In this document: piece by piece, positions 26,237-37,100 of the stretch
How positions within the stretch are numbered: position 1 is the first letter of the stretch
Layout of the letters: every line of letters begins with the position of its first letter
Assembly (NCBI GenBank): GCA_015680685.1
Contig: MNCI01000357.1
Coordinates: 20,432-84,431 of the forward strand
Source of the DNA: Gnetum montanum
Taxonomy: Eukaryota > Plantae > Gnetophyta
Length of the DNA: 64,000 bases
Direction: 5' to 3'
Notes under the pieces: generated by a model
Told to the model about the DNA's origin: nothing
The model's input: the letters and a program-made list of their open reading frames with translations, nothing else
Database searches by the model: none
Program-made: the position numbers and the translations under genes

Positions 26237-28330
26237 TTCCCCCATAATTGAGTAAAGCTAGTTCCATAGCTTTAAAATCCAAAACATAAAATAGGAATCA
26301 AACATATGACAAGATCAATGTGGAGGAATACAAATGAGCAATATGGACCATGACTACATTACAATATAAGTGACCTCACAAAGAATTGCTAGGAAGTGGT
26401 GGTAGAGGAGAAACTTCCCCTAATATGCCTACATGAAATAGAAAGAGGCTAAAAGAACAAGTCTTTGTCATACATAATTTACATCTACTTCTTCATCCAT
26501 ATCATCCATCTTCAAATTGTCTCCTAGTAGATCCTCTAGCAATCATTTGGAAGATCTTGAAAGGACACACACTTAACTTGAAGAGCAAAAGCATGACCAT
26601 TTGCCTCTAGATATTTATATCGAGGGAGGTCTATCATGTACAAGATACAGTAGTTGATATTTTTTCTCCTATTCATTCAAGGTTAGTGGTTATCTTGCAA
26701 GATCATAGACTAAGGACTAAGATCTATAGAATCTTGAGTGCAATTACCTAAGCATAATAAGTTGTGAAAATGCTAAAAATCAAGTATGATCCCTAGGAAA
26801 TTATACTACCATTGTAAAAAAATGACAATAGGAACAATGATTAGTATAATACTTGAGGGCATGAGATGAACATAATCACAACTATGGAAGCCAAGCATGC
26901 ATGGGTAAGTAAATTTAAGATGGAAATAATTTCAATAATCACTAGAATTTAAAGTGCATACCTTTTGGAAATCATTTGGAACCATCGATTCTTTCCTTTA
27001 GTCTTGAGACTCGAATAATAGGAAATGAAGGTCTTCCTTCAAACTTGAGTTTATGTGTTTGTTGGTGTCTAGCAACACTAAGGCCCATATACCTCTAAAT
27101 AAACTTAGTGGTAATAGAATGAGCTAAGTGTAAATGTGTGTTTGCTATTATGAATGTTGAAATGTGGGTTTGTGTATGAAACTGTAACTAGCTATTATAA
27201 TAAAAATTTAGTTAACCTTGTTGAATACTGTGAGTCATTAAAGATTCCTATTTTGTCAAGTCACTTAGTCTATATAGTTCCTATAGTACATTACTTAAAA
27301 CAAATAAAATTTCTGCAAAATGCTTAAGCAAAATCCTATAAAAATCTACTCCTAATTTTCCCAAGAGAAAGATCCACAAGAAAACTAGAAATAGAGTGAG
27401 ATTCAATGGAATTTAAAAGAGAAGAAGAAAGAAAAGTAGATTGTGTGAAATCTCAAACATTTAAGTGAGATAAATTGAACATGAGGAAACACTTCAAAAT
27501 AAAGCTATTCCATTGAATCTAAAATATTACAAATTTTCTAAGCCTTCTAAGCTCAATAAGTAATTTTGTAAAAGCGACTCTCATTAAATTAACAGAATGC
27601 TTTGTAAACAACAAAATACAAGCTATTATTTGGCTAGGTAAATAGTTTTCAAGAATTGCAAATAATAAAGCTATCAAAAATGATTTAACAATTTTAAGAT
27701 TCAAACATCAAGAAAAAGAATTTAAAAATTGAAGCTATTTCAAGTCATCTCAAAATATCAAATATTTTCTAAATCCTCTAGAATTGAATAGGAAATTTCA
27801 TCAAGACATTTCTATTAAATTGCTCAAGATGCTTTCAAGATAACATAAGCTCTTGCATGGAAATCAAATAGAAGTTTAGAATTGAACAAATATAGAGCTA
27901 TAAGAACAAATGAAAAATCCCAAAATTAAATGCTAAGCATAGTACTATTTAAACCATTATCTAAGCAACCAAGATAAAATGAGAAGAAAACAAATCATAG
28001 GATTAACAAAGTAGCTAAATTGTTGATGCAATTAGCAAGCCATTCTTTACAAGTAATCTTCAATAATTCTTCCAAGTTCCCATCCCTTTTCCTCATTATT
28101 CTACCCTTGAAGCTCATTTATAGTGGCTTTAGCTTTATGGTAGTTACAATAATCATAATAGATTAAGGTGAATTATAAATATCATGGGAATTTAGTTATA
28201 ACTACCATAGGAAGTTACAACTTCTATAGAAATACAAGATATAGTTGCCAAGTGTTTGATAGGATAACTATCCAATAAACTATTTTGGCTTACACTAAAA
28301 TGGAAGTGTCCATGGTCAAGCTTTTAAATA
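26237..28330 (-). mobile_element. Internal 3' region of element D (no pol domain recognised; right boundary uncertain)
   Basis: Contiguous with the PPT and LTR. AT-rich repetitive spacer with a TATA-like ctataaatg on the minus strand at ~28116-28124. Confidence 0.45.
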
Positions 28331-28964
28331 AGAATATTGCACTACTATAATATGTCATTCTTACCATCATTATTGTTATTCTAATGTAGTGGTTCTACTT
28401 TAGTGGGAGCACTCTTCTTCTCATAGCCTTGTCGAAGTACCTTCTTAGCTAGAGTTAGATTCATGACCTTTTTGAATACAAACCCTACCTTTCCTAGAAA
28501 ATTTCCATGTTCATGTTCCTCTTTTGCTTGTTGTCATTTCTGATGGAATGGTACATATATTTGTCATAATTGAACCTGCCAATCTTTGGCTTTGAGTAAT
28601 CTCCACAAGCTAACCTAGCACTTGATGAAATTTCTCTATCACAAAGATGAGCAAAAATATGATTGATTGGTCACCACTTGTGACCTTTGAAATCCTAAGA
28701 AATTGACCCTTCGAGCTATTACCAAGATCGAAGGAGGATCACTTCTACTCAACCCTGATAACCTTGGCCATGATTATGCCATCACCATCAATAAGGCATA
28801 ATCCCATTTGTGCATAATCTTCTTAACAAGATTCCATTGTGTGTGCCCTCATGTGTTCTGATGTCATTGGTGTTGTTCTTGGCTAAGGAGGATGTAATAG
28901 CTAAGATGTTTCATTAATTTCTTTCAAAACATCATAAAAGATAGGTCAATCATCATTGTGGGGG

Positions 28965-30570
28965 CTTCCCACAGAAATCCAACATCTCCTAAGTTTCTTG
29001 AATGCCTTTGATCACACTTTGTGATGTAGATCAATGTGCAGAGATGAGAGAAAAGGAGGGAATTTCAAGATGCTTTGGTAGAAGATCCAAAATGGCATAT
29101 TTTCCATTGCAGTTGAGCAAGTTCAGAAATAGCTGCATGACATGTTCAGTGATGAATCATCGGTTGGTTCAGTTATCTGATAAAAAGTCAACTTTTTGGT
29201 TGGCTTCAATAACAAGGCTTCGATATCTTGGCTTTGATAAGAAGGCTCCAATAATAGGGCTCCAATAACAAGGCCCTGATATCGGGTACCCAACATTAGG
29301 TATCCAACATCAAAGCTTAGGATGCGATGTCAAATATTTAATGTTGGGGGGTATGGATCGACCTATAAATATAGCACTTGGGCACATTGTTTGGATAATA
29401 GTTTTTGCATAAGTTTTTCATAGTTTTGTCAATAGAGTAGATGAACTCTTGAAGTTCTATTCCATAATATTATAGAATAATTAGTGAGTGCCCACAGAGT
29501 GGATCTAAGTTAGTTGTATGGAGTCTTATTTGAATGGAAATGTACCTAGACATATTCCATGAACGATAAGAAGATTGAGATTGATTCTTATTCATTACAA
29601 CACTTTGACTTAGATTAGATTTACTTTCCATGTAATTTACTTCTCATGCATTGAGTTAATATTTACATTTTCATGCATGTTAATTGATTAAATGCATGTT
29701 AATTAATTAAGCACATAAGTATGATCGCTTCAAGCATGCATATGACTCTTGGTAATATGAGAAATGCTTAACATTTGGTAAGCCAGTAGTGTTATATGTG
29801 TTCAAGATGTGCACGAGAAGTGGGATCAGATACTTATGTTAGGGTAGTTGATGATTAACTAATAATTAGACTAATTGAATTGTTTATAAACTGAGTTTCA
29901 ACCTATTTTTAATCATAGAATAATAAAATATAAAATAATAAAAATCATATGCCTTAATCTAGACTAAACCATATGTGACAAAGCTTCCACTAGTCCAAGT
30001 GGGAAGACAACAAACTATGATCAAGGCATAGCAATCTAGATGCCACAACTAGTCCCATCCATAGAATTCAATTGGATCATGTGTGAACACTTGTGATTTG
30101 TATGGTTGGGCATAGGGGTACCTTGTCGCTCATTATTAAGCAAAGATGGTGTCCACAATGTAGTCCAAATACATGCTCACATTTTTCACCTAAGTTGGGT
30201 CTTTATTAATGAGTAAATCGTCTACACCCAAAACATACTTAACTTTCCTTTCCTAGTTGGGGGAAGCATTAATCACAGTCACACGTAAGCCAAAGGCCTT
30301 GCTAAATTTGATAGCCATGAGACCAAGCCTACCCAGACTCTTTCTAGGTTCCATCATCCAAAAATGCTTAATTGAGCTATAAACTATTATTTCCATGCAT
30401 AGTAGAGGTGCTGCTTTAAGATTTTCCAGCATCTTCACCAAAAATTTATAGTTGTAGATCATGAGGTTGGAGTAGCCTCTATAGGCTATGGTGCCATCAA
30501 AGTCAATGGTGTTATAAGTCTAGAAAACCTTGGCACAAAACTTCTCTAGTCCCTTGTTGCAAGAGTTGTA
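28965..30570 (-). pseudogene. CAD: Cinnamyl alcohol/mannitol dehydrogenase (CAD/ELI3-like, zinc-dependent MDR family) fragment, split by a solo LTR
   Basis: 30570-30136 reads SCNKGLEKFC..TYN..DGT..GYSNLM..AAPLLC..IVYS..KFSKAFGLRVTVI..LGVD..LDYIVDTIFA. It resumes at 29149 with EHVMQLFLNLLNCNGKYAIL..LEIPSFSLI..GIQET*EMLDFCGK, colinear with plant CAD. Confidence 0.9.
29150..30135 (+). mobile_element. Athila-family solo LTR (986 bp) inserted in the CAD fragment
   Basis: TGATGA...TCATTA termini and TSD TTCAG/TTAAG (1 mismatch). Body homologous to the LTRs of A and B. CAD homology continues on both sides. Confidence 0.88.
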
Positions 30571-30704
30571 GAGATTAGGTCTGTTGATTTTGTTTTGCAA
30601 CTTCCTAACATAATAATTTGATGTGGATTATGCATGGGCATTGAACTTGTGGACTTGTGATGTTAAGGGTGTTCTCACTTATGAAGGATAGAATAAGAAT
30701 AGGT

Positions 30705-31350
30705 GCTATCTACAACATGCAATGTAATCTTATGAATAGTTGGCCAATGAACATTCTTGCATGATCTTTCATGAACAAATATTTATAAGTTGCCTCCTGG
30801 AAGATAGTTGTAGATGAGAAACATTTTTGCCTCACTTACATAATAACCTATTAAAGTCACCAAATTTTGATGGCAAATTTTGCCAAGGATTTTGATTTTT
30901 ATCTCAAATTGTTGAATCCCTTGAAATTGGCCAACCGAAAGCCTCTTAATAGAAAATGAAGATACTAGAGAGATTTTAGCTTTGTATGTAGCACCAAAAC
31001 CATCACACCCTATCAGATTTCTTATACTAAAATTTCTTGTTGCTCTTATAACACTTTCAAAGTTCAATTGTACTTCTACATTTACAAAAGTTACTACTTT
31101 CTTTTCATCATATCTAACGCTAGAAAGTTTGATTAAATGTCTCTTTCTAATAAATGAGAAAAATAGAATAATTACAAGTAGAACTACTATTGCAATTACT
31201 AAAGTAATATCTGAAATTTCAATTTGATTGAGGTGATTCCTACCTTTATAATTCTACTCAAAAGGACCAAAAGATGCATATGGAAAGGATGCACTTGTTG
31301 GTGATGATGATACAATCTTTGATGCAAAAGAACAAGGTTTGAGGTATAGT
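30705..31350 (-). pseudogene. RPK2: RPK1/RPK2-type LRR receptor-like kinase fragment (juxtamembrane, TM helix, kinase subdomains I-VIa)
   Basis: YLKPC...LNQIEISDITLVIAIVVLLVIILFF (TM)...LNFESVIRATRNFSIRNLIGCDGFGATYKA..IKRLSVGQFQGIQQF..HQNLVTLIGYY.SEAKMFLIYNYLPGGNL..HKITL. No LRR ectodomain and no HRD/DFG half. Confidence 0.9.
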
Positions 31351-31380
31351 CACAACACTTAAATTTTTAGTGTAGGTTGT

Positions 31381-34147
31381 TGTTGATGTGTAAATTTTGG
31401 ACACATCAGCACCCAAAAAATCAATTTAGGGGGATTATTGCCTAGGGCTCCTCCCATATGGATATAGAAACTTAGAAATAGTTTTAGCTAGAGAGGGCTA
31501 TGTGATGTTTCACAAGATAAATCCAAAATTATTTTTGGGTTACGTAATGGTGAGATTTAAACTTAACAATTGTTGGAACAGACCCAAAATTTTAACTTGA
31601 AAAATTGTAATAACAAGTGGAAGCAAAGAAACTTTGAAATAACCAAAGTTTGTATCAAACAACATTCCCAAATGGAAAAAGTTCTTGTCAGACAATATAG
31701 ATTAACATACACATTAGCTTAAATGGTAAATGAAACTTAGCTTCAAATTGAATGTCAGGTTCGGTTGACTGAGCTAAGGCTACCTTTAGTAGCTAGTCTA
31801 TATGTGTTTCCCTATCATCACCAAGGAAGGAAGGTAAGAGGTAACTATGATGGTGATGGTGGCACTAACGTTGTTCAATGTCATTGCTCACGATGTTGTT
31901 GTCATCAATGATGAACATTGCCAAGTAGAAAATCCTACTATGTAGGGATGAAAATCCCACTTCACAAGGATGAACTACTACACATTGTCATTCACCATCA
32001 CCTACTACCACTAACCACCACACACCACTACTATTCATCATTGACTACCATGTGCATGCTGTTATCTATTGTTGGCTACCACATGCATGCTACTATTGGT
32101 CACTAACTACCACATGCACGATGCTATTGCTCATAGCTTGCGCATGCTGCCTGTCACAATTGCTAATGCAAATTGTTGTTCATGCTTGCTAGCTCACTTC
32201 TCATTATCGCACACCGCGTGCCACCTCTCATACTACCCATAGTTATCACCACACACATGACCACCACCTGCAACATTTGCTACCACTATTGCATACCACT
32301 AATGTGCTTGCCTACCAACCGCTCATTGCCACATGCATCATTGCCACTAGCACATGCTTTCTGATCACTAGCTACAGCTCCTGCCATGCCACCTACTCAC
32401 TGCCATGTGCACAATCACCAATGCCACATGCTTGTCAACACTAATGTTAGCTCTTGCAACTACTACTAACACTAGAAGAGAGGTAGGCCAAGAGATCTCC
32501 CTTTCATTTTTTTGTTGTCGATTATTTTATAGTAGCTCCCTACACCAATGTCATTGAAAGGCCAAATTAGCATGTTTGTCACCACCACCACATCACCACT
32601 ACTACCATGTCTACCATGCCATCCACATTGCCATTGCACATTTATTACTCCACTTTTTTCATCATGACCCATGGATGTGAGCTTAATGGAATCACCTAGG
32701 CCAACTACATTGATGGTGTCCTAGATGTTTTTCATAGAAAATACTAGGTATGGCACCAAATTAGCCATGCTGGAGAAGATCTCATTACCCATGGCCACGT
32801 ACTTGATTTGGATGTTGTCCTAGATCCATCCTATGATAGGGGTCATGTTTGTGGCCACCTTAATGCCTACAACATCTTCACTTTTCAACTTGCTTTTCAA
32901 AGATGACATTTAATCTTACATGGGATTAGTTCTCACATTCGAGGTGTGCCATGAATGAAACAATTAATTTCAAAATCAACAATGCAAATGGTAGGTAAGT
33001 AAAAATGCAATAAGATGGCAAAGGTGGTGCCTTTATGTTCTGTTGACTCAAGCAAGTACTCCACAATTTGTGTTGACCTAGAGCAAGAAAAAGTATGGAA
33101 CATTTAAATGGTAAATTAAACCAAGACAACACAGAGCAAGATTGTTAAATTACTACCTTTATCCATAAATAGCCAAGTCCTAAATTTACTACCTAATCTT
33201 TCTCATTGAAGAAATCTAGGTTATGTTTGTATCCCAGTATCATTCCTTAAGTGAAATCATTCCTTGCTTACAATGTTGAGTGCTACCATTCATATAATAT
33301 TACATCACTTTCCTATCTAAACTTTATGTGTTCCAAAATTTCATGTCTTAACAAGTAGCATAGCTATAGTTCACACTCATGACAAATGGAATTAATTTTT
33401 CTAGGTGACAACATCATTCCTTACAAAATTAGGAGATGTGCTTTAGCTCCTATTTCATAAATTAAGGATTTCAATCATTGAAATTTTTCTATCAGTTTTC
33501 CATTCGAATCTAACTTTGTTGCTCCATGACTCTTGGATAAGATCCTTTGAATGTAAATCTTTCAAAGAAAATGGCACTTGGTATTCAAAGTAATTAGTTC
33601 ATGTTCAGATATGATTTTCTTTTTTTATGCCTATGACTCATGACTACTCTAATAAGACTATTTTCCACTTAGCTTCCTATTGATATTTGTAATGTTAATT
33701 TAATAGGAAGCATGGTCACATCAAAAGGAGTATATTATTAATGACTTAATAGAAGTGACAACATTAATCATTATTTTACTGTATTTATTTAATTTAATGG
33801 GTTGGAAAAATGTAGTAAGTATTTTTTGATGATTTAACATCATATTATATTTTTAATCCTTTACTTTATTTGGGATACCTCATAAATAATTTTCATGCTC
33901 TAAACCCCATAGGATTTTTAATTTTTATGGGATGAAAATTTGTTAATCATAACTAATGTTGATGGATAACTATAATCTCTTACAATAATAAATAATTTAA
34001 AGGTTGCATGATACCTTTCATTGAAAGCACCCCTATGTATCATGTAATTTGTTTCAAGTAATGGATTCAAATTGTGAAACCATACCCTAGTGATTAGACT
34101 AATAAGTCATGGTCCTATGCCTAGCATGGGTAATGTTGGCATCAACA
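31381..34147 (-). repeat. Candidate 3' LTR (~2.77 kb) of the Tat-type element
   Basis: Perfect 8-bp inverted termini TGTTGATG (31381) and CATCAACA (34147). Minus-strand PPT tttgggggctaag at 34148-34160. No partner 5' LTR in the window to confirm the left end. Confidence 0.55.
32672..32860 (-). pseudogene. GH17 beta-1,3-glucanase fragment (~60 aa)
   Basis: IIGWI*DNIQIKYVAMGNEIFSSMANLVPYLVFSMKNI*DTINVVGLGDSIKLTS matches the GH17 pattern WV..NI...IKYIAVGNE...YLLPAMQNI..AL...GL...IKVST, including the catalytic NE motif. Confidence 0.8.
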
Positions 34148-37100
34148 CTTAGCCCCCAAATTAGAAATTGCATGTAAGTGCAAGGAATAATAAAAATATA
34201 GAAATTTTAAAAGGAGATGCAAAAGATAGAGGATCAAAAAGATTGTAAAACATAGACAAATTAAAATTAGAAAGCAAACTATACTTATCTAAACATGATT
34301 AAAATAACCATATAATCACAAGAAAACTAAACATGGGCCATCCTTACCACATCATCTTATTTAATCAATCTCAAAACATATACTCTTTATAAATCATAAC
34401 TTTAACTATATATATATATATAAAATTAAGATCTCATTGCCAATATTCTGACAAAGTAAAGTAAAAAGTATGTGGACTACTTTGAGCACAAAAATTATGC
34501 CAAACTTAATGAAGAAGACAAGCTTATCTTAGATTATAACTAGCCATAACTTTCAAATTTTTCGTTGGGTATCTTTTCTTTTCTTTTCTTTTTTTAACAT
34601 TTAGAAATGGGATGAGTGAAAAGGGATAAGGGAACATTAGAAAATTTAGAAAATGGGAAGGGAATATTTGCTTTTCTCCTTTCTTGAATCTTTGGGATAT
34701 AGGTTTAAAAGGGGAAATGAATGCTAGGGTCAGGATTACTACCAAACGCCATCACACTCAAGAAATTATTACACTATCAATAAACATGGTAATCATTCTT
34801 TTTCTTTTGTCTCTTTATTTTCTAAGGAAACTTTGCTAATTGTGTACTTCATTCTTAAGGTAGGAATTCCAACGTGAGTTTGGCCAATTAGCTACATTGC
34901 TGAAAAACATGGTCCTTTTAGAACTTTGCCCATGGTGTACTTTAACCCTCATGTATGTGCCTTTTAATTACAATCTAGATGGCATCATAGTAGGTATCCT
35001 ATGTGGCTAAGGGTTCTCAAGTGGAGATGAACACACTTCACCCTGTTGCTCATAGGATAGCCATGGATCATCACACTAGAGAGCTAGGGCTTATGAGGGG
35101 CAAAATTCACATTTTCCAAGGTTACTTAGTGATTATGGCTAACCATTATCCAACTTCACATATCGTACATTAACATGATCATGATGATAACATGATAAGT
35201 TAGCATAAATCCCATCCTCCATAATCCAACATAACTAATAAAAATAAAACATTGAAATAGATTGGGAAGAATCATAGAATTATTGAAATATATCATATAA
35301 AGGAAATTTTATATATTAGTAATATGATATATCATACAAAGCATTATACTTGCATTATTTTCGAATGGTATTATGATGATCCAATTCCTAGTAACTCAAA
35401 TGATCATGATGATTACTAAAATCATATGAAAAGAAAAAATCAAACCAAGCTAATAGGCTAAGAAAGAAATGATGGAAATGTAAAGAAAATATGCAAATTC
35501 AACTATATACAAATTAAATGCATGGTTAGGGAAAAGAAAACATGCAACTAAGGATCTCCCAGGTGTCCATGTGGGGCACTTGAGTAGAAATGCTCTAAAT
35601 GAAATGCAATAAAAATTTTATTTAATTTATATCCTTGCAAATTATCAATTTTATACACATTACAATTAGTGACATCTATAACTTGGTATGGACTTGACCA
35701 CATAGGAGAAAACCTATTTTAATTACTTATTTAAACAAATTGTCTATCTCTTTTTAGGACTAGATCTCCTATTTTAAAGACTTTACTTATATATTTCTTG
35801 TGAAACCATCTTTTAACAATTTGTTGATGACTCAACAAATATTGATTGCTTTAATCCTTTTAAGCTCTAAATCCAAAATATTATATGCATGTGATATTAA
35901 ATGTTTTTCAATTGGTAAATAGTCCAAGAAAAACTAATATGTAGGGATTTGAAAATTTATTGGTAATATTGGTTCTTGTCCATACACTAAATCATATGGT
36001 GTAGTTTTCATCAATTATTTATAATGAATCCTATCTACCCAAACTACCCATTTTAATTATTAATGCCAAGTTTGTGGGTTTTGGGCTATCATTTTATTAA
36101 TTCCATCCAATATAATTTTATTAGAGGACTTAGCCAAACCATTACCCTATGGATAATATACGGTTACGACCTTGATAATAACATTATTCTCTCTAGACCA
36201 ATTTATAAACTCTATGGAGATGAAGGTGGGTCCGTTGTCGACTACTAAATTATAATGATACCCATATCTAGAGATTATATCATTTTCTAAGAAGTGAATA
36301 ACTTCATGAGATGATGCAATCTTAGTTATTTTTACTTCTAACCAACATGCACAATAATCAGTGGCTGTTAAGATAAATTTGTGTAGGGTAGTAGACAAAG
36401 GATTAATCACTCCAATAAAATCTAATGCCAATTTTGCAAATGGTCTAGTTTCTATTATAGGTTGTAAAAGGGCTAAAATCTTGGGATCTTTACCTTTGAA
36501 CATTTGACATTGAACACAAGTTCTAACCAGGTTGTAAGAATCATTGATCATAGTGGGACAATAATAACCATCCCTCATGATTCTATGAACTAATGAATGA
36601 TATCATATATGTCCTTCCTCATGGAGCTATTCTAAAGTATTGTTAGTTTGTTCTTAGTTTAAGCACTTAAGGTATATACATTGAGAATTCTTTCTAAACA
36701 GTTGACCACTAATTAGAGTAAATTTAGAACATTTCAATACTAAAATCTTTCTTTTATATATAGGTAAATCTAAAGGACAATGATGGAAGGTTAAATAAAA
36801 GTTAATATCACCATACCATGGATCATGCAATCAATTGGCAGCAAATGGGATATCATTTTCCTCATCAATGGATAATATGTGAAGGGGAATTGATTCTTTA
36901 TCTTTGGGTGCATTGTAATTTTCTGAAGCTGAGGCTTTGGTAATTAGCTTGGCAAGACCAACTCCTCTAACTAACTTGGCTACCTTCCATTGAATATCAA
37001 ATTCTTGCAACTTCATAGCGCATTTAGCACATGTTTTTCTAGGGCCTTGTAATTTTTCTAAAGTAATGGTGGCTAGATCAAGGAAAATGGCAAAAACCTT

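Noticed and set aside
26300-27100. Spliced gene inside element D
   Set aside because: A few donor- and acceptor-like sites on the minus strand, but no recognisable protein and no second copy to test conservation.
29341-29355. PPT (ttggggggta) marking an LTR start at ~29354
   Set aside because: It lies just upstream of the TATA inside the LTR. TGATGA at 29150, the TSD and CAD continuity define the real boundary.
30783-31067. Functional receptor kinase gene
   Set aside because: No ectodomain or catalytic HRD/DFG half, in-frame stops on both sides, and an altered glycine loop.
31918-32470. His/Thr/Cys-rich ORFs
   Set aside because: Low-complexity cac/cat/tgc repeats in LTR-like sequence with no recognisable domain.
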